NCBI RefSeq assembly: GCF_018350175.1
Contig: NC_058369.1
Location: 8,434,001 to 8,494,000 of the forward strand
DNA length: 60,000 nucleotides
Direction of reading: 5' to 3'
DNA from: Felis catus
Lineage: Eukaryota
The notes below the pieces were generated by a model. The model was not told where the DNA came from. It was given only the letters and a program-made list of their open reading frames with translations, and did not search any database. Each line of letters starts with the position of its first letter. Position 1 is the stretch's first letter. Positions 41,801 through 53,800 of the stretch are shown here, piece after piece. The translations under genes and the position numbers were made by a program.

Positions 41801-44800
41801 GAAGGGCCCTCACTGGGAAAAGGACATTGCTTCAGTCACGATGCTTCCTTTACATACAATGTCCAAGATACGATAACGAATTACTAGACAAAGGAGGAGG
41901 CTAGGAAATATGATGGACAAGAAAGAAAAAGACAACAGAAGCAGGCACACACACTACCAAATGTTGAAGTTAGCAAACAAGGACTTTAAACCATAAAGTG
42001 GCAGAAAAGACGGACAAACACGGCTACCAAGCTGGGAAATTACAATCGAGAATTGGAATCTACAAAAAAAGAAAAAAAATCAAATGGACATTTTACAGCC
42101 GAAAATGATAACATCTGAAAACTCAAAAGACTGGATGCAGCCAGAGAAGAGATAAGCAGAGAGCCTGAATACAGGTGAACAGAAAAGTTGCCCAACTGCA
42201 AACAGAGTGGAAAACAGAACGGAGCACAGTGGACACATGTGATGCGATCAAGAGGTCGAACGTACGTGTAATTGGAGTCCCAGAAGGAGAGAGGCGAGAA
42301 AAGGAGGCAGAAAAAAAAAAAAAATTCAAGAGATGAAGACTGAGAATTTCCCCCAAACGACAGAGGGGATCAACCCAGAAATCCTAAGTCTGTGTTTCCA
42401 ACCAAACGCTGTCCCCCAGGTGCCAGTGAATGTGGAACACGAGTGAATGAATGAACACGGGGCTCCAAGCACCCCCTCGCCCGATGCTCCCCACCTTCCT
42501 CTCCTCGTATTCTCTTCCTAGAAGATCACGTTAGAGTAACGACTGCCGTTTACAGTGGGGTGACTGCCCCAGTATGCCGCTCCCCAGAGTTTCACATAAC
42601 CTTAGGAAGTGGCCGAGGCCACCACTGTCCCCATTGAACAGGCTCAGAGAGGCCGATGGCTTTCCTGGGCCCCACGACAGCACTTGAACCTCCTCCCCTG
42701 ACCCCACCACCCGTGCTTTTGTTCCTAACCCTGCTCCCCCCTCCCCTTCCCCCGTCCTTCCTGACCTGAGCTCTCGGGGATCCATCCAGCCCCTGGATCG
42801 GGTAACCCCGTCCTGCCCCCGGCCCACTGACCAGCAAAATCATGCAGTCGTGGCAGCGTGTCCCGTGCGAGTGACAGCAGGGGTAGGTACAGCTCGGCCA
42901 CACGGGCCTTCACGGCAGCCTCGGTGTAGCGGGGGTCAGCGTCATGGCCACAGAGCAGACTGTGGACGGCACTGATGGCCTTCTTGTGCAGCAAGGATGC
43001 CCTGTCGCGGAGGGAGGAGCTCAGGATGGGGTGGGCGTGGCCCCTGGACCTTTCCACCGCCCCGGGGGCCAGAGGGGTCCTGTGCTCACCCCTCGGCCTC
43101 AGGTTCCAGGGCCAGCGCCAGCTCCGTCAGCAGGAGCCCAGCCAGAAAGTGCTGCTGCCGGAACGGCCCGCTCAGCTCGAACATGCTGGTCACCTTGGGG
43201 TCTGGGGCCTGGCTGGAGAAGGTGGAGCTCTGCAGAGGGGAGGAGGAGGAGGAAGCGGGGATGGCAGGAGGTCAGGGGTCAAGGGTCAGAGGCCAGCGAC
43301 TGGAGTTACCCACGGGTGAGGTGCCAGGGCCTGGAGTCAGAGGTCTGAGAAACCCCAGCAAATGGAACCCTGGTTGAGAGCGAGGATTTAGGGGTGAGAA
43401 AGAAGCCGGTCCTCCCGAGAAATTGGCAAGAAGGAGAGGCAGAGGTGGAGGGTCAAAGGTAAGGGGTCAGGCCCCCCGGGCAGCGGCCCACTGTGAAGCG
43501 GACAACTGAGGGACCCACAGAAGACGGGTTCAGGCGAGAGGTCACAGGTCAAGGGGAGGAGCCAGAAGAGAGGCCAGCCCACCTGGGAGGTGGTGGAGGA
43601 TACGGAGGGCGAGGGCGAGGCCGGAGGCGACAGGGGGCAGCAGGGGAGGTTGAGGGTCACGTAGTGCTCGTGGCTGCACAGGATGCGGGTGAAGTCCATG
43701 CGCAGGGTCAGCAGCAACGCCGGGTTGGGGGCCGACTGCAGCCGCGTGGCCACCTGCAGGGTAGGGGGTCGGTGGGTTACGTCGCTCGGCCCGCCACGCC
43801 CACCGCCCTGCCCTGTCACCTGCGGGTGCGCTGTTCCCGCCGGGCCCGCCCCTACCTGCTTGTAGTGGGCTCGGACCAGGCTGAAGACGAAGCCTCGGTC
43901 CGCCAGGGACAGCAGATCGCTGAGGAAGAAGGCCAGGCTGGCGTTGAGGCGCTCGGCCAGCTCCGCGTCCTGGGGGCACAGGGTCTGTCAGCCCGCGCCC
44001 ACGTGTCCCATCGGGCCTCAGTCTCCACACTGGGCCTGGCTCTCACCACGGCCACCAGGGACCTCCAGGACCCGCCTCACTGCCCCACGGCCTTGGGGCT
44101 TCTTGACGTGCCTTCATTTCTGGGCTCCTGGTTGTCCTCCTCTGACTGTCCCTTCCGGGCCCCACGGTTATGTGTCTACACTCCTCGGGACTCTGTTCAG
44201 AGCACTGTTTTCAGGGCACCCGGGGGGCTCAGTGGGTTAAGCGCCTGACTCCTGACTTCGGCTCAGGTCGTGGTCTTACAGTTTGTGAGTTCGAGCCCCA
44301 CGTCAGGCTCTGCACTGACAGCACAGAGCCTCCCTGGGATTCTCTCTACCCCTCTCTCTCTGCCACTCCCTCTCTCTCTCTCCCTCAAAAGTAAGCAAAT
44401 TAACTTTAAAAAATAAAATATAAAAGGGGCACCTGGGTGGCTCAGTCAGTTGAACTTCTGACTTCAGCTCAGGTCACGGTCTCACAGTTCGTGGGTTCGA
44501 GCCCTGCATCAGGCTCTGTGCTGACAGCTCAGAGCCTGGATCCTGCTTCGGATTCTGTGTCTCCCTCTCTCTCTGTCCCTCCCCTGCTCACACCCTGTCT
44601 CTCAAAAACGAGTAAACATTTTAAAAAGATATATATAGGGGCGCCTGGGTGGCTCAGTCAGTTAAGCGTCCGACTTCGGCTCAGGTCATGATCTCATGGT
44701 CCGTGAGTTTGAGCCCCGCGTCGGGCTCTGTGCTGACAGCTCAGAGCCTGGAGCCTGTTTTGGATTCTGTGTCTCCCTCTATCTCTGACCCTCCCCTGTT

Positions 44801-47800
44801 CATGCTCTGTTCATGCTCTGTCTCTGTCTCAAAAATAAATAAATGTTAAAAAAAATTAAAAAAAAAAGATATATATATATATATAGTATAGTTATCTTAA
44901 AAAAAAAAAAAAAGAGGGGTGCCTGGGTGGCTCAGACTCTTGATCTCAGCTCAGGTCATGATCCCACGGTTCTCATGGGTTCGAGCCCTGCGTCGGGTTC
45001 TGCACTCATAGTGCGAAGCCTGCTTTGGATCCTCTGTCCCCCCTCTCTCTGCCCCTCCACCCCTCACTCTCAAAAATAAATAAATGTTAAAAAAAATTTT
45101 TTTTTCAAAGAACCCTGTTATTTTTTCCTTTCATTCGATTTCAATAACACAATATGGACGGCAGAAACTGGCTGCTGACTCCCCTCAAATCCTACCCCCT
45201 CTCAGAGTACTGGAATCTTTCTTCAGAGTTCAGAGCTGGGTAAAGACTACATTTCCCAGCCTCCCGTGTAGCTGAGGATAACCATGTGCCCACATCCTGG
45301 CCAAAGGGGTTTGGGAAGCAGTGATACGGTCGCTTAAACAGAAGGGACAGGTCCTCCTGTTCCCACCCCCTTGTCACACATCATGGGGCAGGTACCACGT
45401 TGAACTGCAATGGCCAGCCAGGCCCACCCTGTGGAACCCCCTGCAAGCCACCTATGCTCAGAAATCAACTTTGGTCACATTGAAACCACTTGTGATTATG
45501 TTTGGGCACATTAACCTCTGCCCTACTTGGTACACTCTCAGCAATCATTTTAAGAAGCATACGGGGAGCATCTTCCTTGTGCCAAGTCCTGTGAACCAGA
45601 CAGACATGGTCCCTGCTGCTTGTCCAATTCACAGTCTTGGGTGGGGGGAGGCAGACAATAAATAGAAGACTTGGAGATACTCCCATGTGCTCTGAAGGAG
45701 ACTGAACAGGGTGCTGTTTCGAGAGAAGCCCCAAAGACAAAAGAAAGCCAAGAGGAGAAAGGCATCCGGAGCCCAGAACATAGTAAGTGCAAAGGCCCTG
45801 GGGCAGGACGTGCCTGGAAAATGTGAGGAACAGCAAGAAGGCTGCTCCTGGCTGATGCTTGCTCTGCCCTCGTGCTCTCATGAGCCACTCTGTGGCTTCA
45901 CAAGGTAGCCTCGGTGGCCCTCACTTTCCTGCAGCCCCAAAACACAAAACACAAACCTGCCTTAGCTCCGAGTCCACGGTGGGGACAGAGACTGGGTCTT
46001 CGTTGTGCGCTGAGCCTGACACAGTCAGTGCTCGAGAAAATGTCAAATAAAGCAATGAAACCACTGGGGCCCATCACTGATGCCTCCCTGGCAGCTGGGA
46101 CGATGCTGCCTCTCGGGGCTGCTGTTCTCTGCAGCCCTTTCCGAGGGATGTTTCCTCACAATCTGGGTCAGCCCCTGGGAAGATAGCCCCTGGGGAGGCC
46201 CCAGTGGAACAAGGTCGAGAACTTTGAGACCAGCCCAGAGGTCGCAGGAGATTGCACAAGGGCTGACTTGGGTTGGGCCAGCATTTCAAAAATCTGGAAC
46301 GTTCCTTATCAAATCCAGAAGTCCCATTTCTCCTTAAAGGTCATGTGTCCTGGCCACAGCTAATGGGTACACGCCCTCTAGGCCATCAGAAGCCTCACTC
46401 TCCCCAGGTGGTGAGGGCGTGGGCTTTGGAGAAGGTGGCTTGGGTTCAAATCCCCATTCTGCCCCTTCTCAGTTATGTGGTATCGGCTTGGGACCAGTCA
46501 TTCTCTGCCTCAGTTTCTCCATCAGCAAAATGGAGGCAATAATAATACTGACTTCATGGGGGTAGTTGGGAGAGTTTAATATGATCCATCTAACGTGTTT
46601 AAGATACACAGTAAGCACTCAAATGCCCAATATTGCTACTATTATCGTTATTATTACTGCCTGCCAAGCTCCTAACACCGGAATTAGTGATCCAGGACCT
46701 GGACAATCATCAAGGTCTGAGAACATCGATGTCCATTTATTGAGCACTTACTGTATCCCAGCACTGTAGTAAGGGCTAATGGATCTGTTCTATCGCCTTC
46801 CCACCCTCATCAACTTCCCATTCTTACCTTTGCTCAGTCTACTCCAGCCATACTTACCTCCTAACTGCTCCCCTAACAGCCCAGGCATGGTCCTACCTCA
46901 GGGCCTTTGCACTCGCCGTTTCCACTGCCTGGAAGGCCCTTCCCCCAGACAGGGCATAAAGTGCTCCTTCCCCTCCCTCAAGTCTCCTCGAAACATCAGC
47001 TCCACGAACACATAGATTTGGGTCTGTTTTGTTCCACTGCTGCGTCTCTAGCATCCAGCGCAGGGCTGTGCCCACAGTTAGTGCTCAAGAAATAGATGCT
47101 GAGTGAACAGACTGATCTGGCAAAGGGGGTTCGTGGTTCCCCGCCTGGCCCGCTCTGCGGCCTCTCGCAGACCCCTCCCACTGAGGCCCTGTCCCTCATA
47201 CCTTGTATACCCGGGTGATGACTTCCAGGCCCACAGAGCCCACAAGGGCCGCGATGTCGTCCAGGAAGCGCCCAGGGAAGCGAAGCTTGCGGGGCGTGTC
47301 CAGCCGCTGGCCCAGAAGCAGGTGCAGGGCCATGCTTTTCACCTGGGGGCGGGGCGAAAGCCGAGGGGGGCTTGAGGGACTGGACCGGGGGCGGGGCTCA
47401 CTAGAAGGGGGCAGGGCTCGAGGGGCTGGGAGTGGTACTTTCGCAGCAAGGCGGATGGGCTAGAGGTGGCCCTAAGGGGTCCTGGGTGGGGATTGAGCTG
47501 GCAGTGGGCGGGGCCTGAGTGGCTCCTAGGCAGGGTTGGGGAGGCTGAGGGAGCCCGGGAGGGGCTGGAGTTGGTCTCCTGGGGCTAAGTATGGGGGTGG
47601 GACAGAAGGTAAGACTTGTGGAGTGGGACTTGAGGGAGCCCACCTGGGTGGGGTTTGGGGGCCCCCCTGGCACCTCTAGAAGAGCTTGGGGGCAGAGGCT
47701 CAAGTCTGGTCACAAGGGGTTCCCTCTCTCTCCGGGGAGATCTCTGGAGAGCGAGGGGTCTCCTCCCTCTTTAGGGGTCTCTCAGCGGTCTCTACAATCT

Positions 47801-50800
47801 CACAGGGAAGGTGGGGAGGGGTCTTTTCTCTGCCAAGGGGGCTTCCGGGGGCCTCCCTCTGGGGAGAGATCCCCCTCCGGTGTCTCCTGTCTCACTGCGT
47901 GGGGGGTCTCTTGGGACCATTTCCCAGGGGTCTTGGGGGCAATCTCAGAGGGCTCCTTCCCGAGGAGAGGGCCTCCCCTGGTGTCCCTCGGGCGGGACGG
48001 AGGGTGTCTCACCATGAGCTGGAAGAAGAACCAGGCATGTTGCAGGACCGTCTCTCGCACGGCGCTGCCGCTGACCACCCACTGCAGGGCCAGCTCCTCG
48101 TGAAGCAGCTGGGGGCAGGGGCAAGGGTCACAGGGAGCTGAGGGGCCCGCCCCATTCCCTCCTCGGGGTGGGGGGGAGGGGGCGTGACCGGGATGGGATG
48201 CAGCCGCATGGCTTGGGGTTAGTGTAGCCGGAGACCATGCAGGAGGAGAGGGAGCAGGAGTCAGCATGCCCTTTCCCTGGGCCTTCTAGACCCTGCTGGG
48301 CTTCGGGGGAGACAAGGCGCTCTGGGGCCAACGCTGTGTCACCCGCCCCCTCCCTCCCACTACCTTCTGCACAGTGGGTCTCGGCTGGGTGGCCGGTGGG
48401 GCCAAGGAGGAGCCCTCGAGGTAGAAAGAAGTTCGGCTAGAGCTGCAGTCGATGGCCTAGGATGGGATGGCCGGGGGGGTTAGTGAGGATGTAGGCGGTA
48501 CGGACGGGGGACAGGCGAGTCCGTGTGGATGGGCCGAGGCGGCATGGATGCGAGAGCGGAGGTAACAACGATAAAGGTGGGTGACGGAGGGGAAGAGAAG
48601 CATAGTGAAGACAGAGAAGGCGGTGCCCGGCAGGGTGGACGGGAGAGGCGAGAACGGGGACAGGAGCCCGTCGGCGAGGGTGGACGGGACACGGGCACAC
48701 ACCCAGCATGGGCGAAGGCGGCAGAAGGAACGGGGTGCGGGGTGGACACGGAGAAGAGGGAGGGTGCGGTCCGAGAGACTCGGGGAGGTCGGGGTGGATG
48801 GAGAAGGGCACCGCGGTGGAGGAGAGGGTGTAGACAGTGGAGTGGAGTATAGACATGGGGTCAAAGCGAGGACAGAGGAGACAGAAGAGGAAAAGAACAG
48901 GACAGAGATGAGAGGAGGTGCTGGTGAGGCGCAGCGGGAGCAGCCGAGAGCCCTGGGTTCCGGGCCCGGCCCTGTTTGAGCCTTGCTTGCAGCCTTGCAC
49001 GGCCTCGGTGCCCCCATCTGAAATGGGGATGGGGACCCATGCTCCCCTCCTCCTTTGCTGGTCAGGAGGTGAGGCCGCTGGCAAAGACGGGAGGCCCGGA
49101 GATGGGGCCGGCCTCACCCCTGGAACCTGCACGGGCCTCGGCACTCGAGGGACCTCCAGCTCCCACAGTCCCAGCAGGGCCCCGGCCCCTCAGAACACAC
49201 TAAATGGGCCACCCACTGGCAAAGGCCAGACTCAGTGTCCCCTCCTGCCTGGAGTGCACACCCTCCTACACCTTGTCACCTCCTAGATGGTCTCCAAGGC
49301 CCAGCTGACACCCCAGAGAACTGAGGGCATTGGGGGAGGCCCAGTTAAAGATGTTGGGAGGGGGCTGGCAGGGCCCTTGAACCCAGATTTCCAGCAGTCT
49401 CAGGAGAAGACTGTCTACAAGGTCCCGTGCTGCCAGCAGCCCCCCGCCTGCCTTCAGTGCAGGTTGCCTGGGTGATGGGCATGGAGCTGGAACGAGGTCT
49501 GGGGCCAAGTGTGCAGGGAAACCCCCCCTGCGGCCTGCTGTCCGTGGCCAGGGACTCTGAGCTCGGTCCCAGCGTTTGCCTGTGCCTTTTCCTCCACCCG
49601 CAACACCCACCCTTCGCTGACTGGCTCCGTCTCACCCTTCAGGTCCCGGCAAAAATGTCACCTCCCTGGAGAGGCCCCCCCCCACCCCCAGACCACAGAG
49701 AGGAGGAGGCTGGTGGCCTCGCTTCTGTTCGTTTCTTTTCCCCGCTTTCACACCCTGCGCTCATAGACTCGTGTGTGTGTTCGGTCGGTGTCTGTCTCCA
49801 AGGCTATCTGGCAGCGTGGGGGCCAGGCTGGGCCGAGACCTAGCCCGGGAAGATCCTGTCTGTGATGCCCTAACTCGTTCCCAGGCTCGAGACCGCGGAG
49901 CTGGACACTTTACCCGGAGTCTTTACCACATCTGAAAATTCGGAGCCCCGGGCCCAGGGCGGGCCCAGAGCTGAGGACCCAGGTCTGTCTGAAGGCAAAG
50001 CCCCTCCCCGCACCACATCCCTGGGAAGGGACAGAGTGGAGGGAGCTGCCGTCTGCCTGAAACAGGATGGGAGAGCCCAGAGGGTCAGTCCTGGCCCTTT
50101 GGCATCATTCAGGTTGCCACATCAAGGGGACAGTTGAGTCTCCTGAACAGAGTGGATTAAGGAGGACATGTACAGGCCATGCAGTGCAGGCAGTGAGGTT
50201 ATAGTGGCTGGTTTTGCATACCCTTTGCATGCTATTTGCATACCGCCCGGTCCCTTCTGTCTCTGCCTGAGGCTGTGGTCTGTGGGGCAGCAAAAGGCTG
50301 GTTCAGACGACTGTGATGCCTACGACACTGACACTACAGCCCCTGAGCAAAGGCAGAAGGGGTCTGCCGCCTCCTTCAGGCAGCCCCCCTAGGTTAGTGG
50401 GCCACAGCCAGGAAGGTGGGAGGGGCTCATGCTGAGATGAGGGTCACACACGTGCAGGGGCAGGTAGGGAGGGCACCTGTCTGGGGTCGGCCCCGCAGTA
50501 AGGGGGTGCCCGTCGCAGCACAGCCTTGCTGCCTCCTGGAGCATAAGCAGAATTCACCCAGGAGTGTGAGCGGTCGATACCCTGGAGATACACGGGTAGG
50601 AGGTGGAATCCATGGGCAGAAGGTAGGGAGAGCAGCACGAAACACCAAGCGTGAACACTGCCCTGGATCATACACGCAACCCTGGAAAATGTGTGTGCAC
50701 GTCCGTGCGTGGGGTCCACGCACATACGCTCCCTGTGCACAGACGTGCGTGGAGCGCACATATATATGTGCCCCGTGCCCATACACGCGTGGGGTACGTG

Positions 50801-53800
50801 AGTATATGCACTCGTGTATACACGCGCATGGGGTACACGCATATACGCACCTGCTCCACTAAGCACACGCTACTTTTTTCAAGCAGGCCAACCTCCAGCC
50901 GCCCAGCCTCGGGTCAGCCTCGGAGTATGGAGCCCAGGGCAAAGTCTGAGTCACAGCTCCCAAGCTGTGACAGCCACAGACCAGCCGTGCAGCCGCCCAG
51001 ACTCAAGCTTTCGTCCATGCTGGTTGTCAGGCGTTTTCTGTCCTCTGTTCCTCTGTCAAAACTAAGATCCTCCACCCGCCCACCTGGCGGCAGTGGCCAC
51101 TGAGGCTAGAGATCCTGGGGTCCCTGCACCCTACCTTGCTGGCCAGGATGCGGGAGACCTCGTCGTCCACAGAGCCAGGGGCCACAGCCAGGTCCGGGTT
51201 GCTGCTGCTGATGCTCTTAGAGCGAGCCAGGTAGAGGCTAGCGGGGCGGCCAGGGCCACGGGCCAGCGTGGCGGCCTGCACCGCCACTGGAGGGGCCCCT
51301 GAGGATGGAGGGAATATGGTCAGCCCCCTGCCCCTGATGTCCCGCGGACCCCCTGCCCCTTCCCAATCAGCCGTCTTTGGTGAGGTTGCTTTCTTTCTGA
51401 GCCTCCAGGGATCCTCACCTGTAAACGGGTATGATTATGGGTATGATAATGGCTGCCTCCTCATAGTGATTTGGGGGAGGCTGAAACACACTGAGAACAG
51501 TGCCTGCACACAGTCAGTGCTCAGAGGCGTTCATGGTTATTGCTAATTACTTAACAAACAGAAAAGAACCCAACTTTATTGAACCCATGTTATATGGATC
51601 ACTGTACCATTTAATATCACCAGCAGCCCCATGATGGGGTTGCCCTTATGATCCTCGCTTTACAAATGGAAAACAGACCCCGAGAGGTGAGATCACTTGC
51701 CCGAGGTCACAGGGTTTGTAGGAGGCGGAGCTGGGAGTTCTAACTTGGGCAGCCTAGCTGAGTCTCTGCCTCAAGCTACTGAAGATGCTTGTTGACCGGC
51801 TGAATGAGCGACCAGTCAAGCAACAGAGACCACAACTCCTCTCTTGCAAGCTGCCCAAACCTGCCAAGGCCTGTACAGCCTCAGGGCCTTTGCACATGCC
51901 ATTCCCTCTGACTGGGACGCTCTCCTCCCTGATATTTCCTGCCCCCCCCAGGGCCTCCCACCAACACTTACCACTTGGGAAGTTGGGCTCGGTGCCAGGC
52001 AGTCGGAAGGCGTAGTGGACATAGGCAGCCAGCAGCGGGCAGTGACCACGGGCATCCTGGGCAGCCTCTAGGCTCCGGTGGACAAGGCTGACCACATGGG
52101 CCATTGCTTCGAAGGCCCCACGACCTAGGTTCACTGCCGGGCAGAACACAGGTCAAGTTCCAGAGCCCTGGGCCTCCTGCCTCCCCCAAGGAACCTCTTA
52201 TCTCCCACCTTTCCAAGGGGTTGTGTGGCCACCAAAGGGTCACAGTGGACCTGCTCTGGGCCCGGGGGGTTGGGAGCCACTTTTCAGAAAGGAAAACTGA
52301 GGCCAGAAAGGAAGGTGAGCTATAGGAGGTCGCCCGGGACCAGGGGACTGAGGGGCCCTTTGCCAGATGGGGAAACTGAGGTCTGAGGGCTCACCGATCT
52401 GGCCGCCAATGATTGGAGGCCTCACGACCAGATGCACGAGCTTGTCCAGCACGTGGTGGGAGAAAGCAACAAGTGGCTGGGGGCTGGCGAGGCGCAGTGC
52501 GGCTAGGCTGGCCCGCAGCTCCTGCTCCACGGTCCCCTCACTCAGCACGGTGTCCTTGAGGCGGAACGGGAAGGCCCCTTCCTCCAGGACGTGCACCAGA
52601 GTGAAGAACTTGTCCAGGTGAGGGTCCTGGGGGTGGGAGGAGCTGGGGTGAGCAGGGTGGGGCCAGGGCTCCATGTCGCGGAAGACCGTAGGGGGTTGCG
52701 GGGGTGCGGGGATGCGGGGTGCTCCGTGGGCCAAAGACCAAGGCCGGGGATCAATGAACGGACTATAAACGAGGAAAGAGAGGGGTACCGGCTGGAGGGA
52801 GGAGAGAAGGGGAGCGGCCAAGGGCCAAAGCCCCAGCTGGGATGGTCACTGGCATGGCTGAGTCAGCAGCTTCCCTGGGAGCCTGGCCTAGTTGACCGAA
52901 GTCACGTCCGTGGCCCGAGGCCAGGCCTCCCCGGTCAGCGGGAGCTGTTGCTCAACTCCAGGGCCGGACTCCTGGGTTCCCCCACCCCTACCTGGGGGTG
53001 CACAGAGGACACAGCAGTGAGCTCCACGCTGAACACGCCCTTGTGGCCGTCCACCCAGCGCATGCCCGGCAGCGCCACCTGCGGGAGGAATGCACCAGGT
53101 GGGGGACTGGCCAGCCCTCCCGCACTGATCAGCCATTGCAACACTGTGGGCAGAGCAGAGCCCCCCCCGGGGGAGCAGCTGGGTCCCCTGCCCAGCCCAG
53201 GGGGGTGCAGATGGGAGGCAGCGCTAGGGGGGTCCACTGGGTAGGCTGCAAGCCTGGGGTACTAACGGAGGAACAAGGAAAGGAGGCCTGGGGTGGATAT
53301 TATTGAAGGGAATGAATCAGGGAAGAGCATATGGGCTCTTGGACTTGAAGCTCCCAGGGCATTAATGACAGCTCAAGGCTAAGTGGGAGGGTGACAGCAT
53401 TCATGGGGGGGATGGGCCCTGGAGGTACTCCTGGGGTGATCGCGGTCAGGGAGGCAGGCAGGATTGCTAAAGGGGGACCGGGGCAGAAAGGCAATGGGAA
53501 GAGTGAGTACAAAGGCCACAGAGTGGGGGGTGGTAATGAGGCAAGGCTAGTGGGGGACACGGAGGGACGCACGGAGCAGGAGACAACAAAAGCGGTACTG
53601 GGGGGGTGACGAGGGGTCCTGGAGGTCATCACAGAGGACAACAAGGATCCCGGGAGTACTGATGGAAAGGAAGGCAGGGCACGGATGGGGGACCATGAGA
53701 CGGGAGCCTGGGGTGTCATCAGAGGACAAGGCACTGGGGGGCGGCGGCCAGGGCACGTACGTCTGGAGTGAGCACGGAGTAGCTGGGCGGGAGCTGGTCC

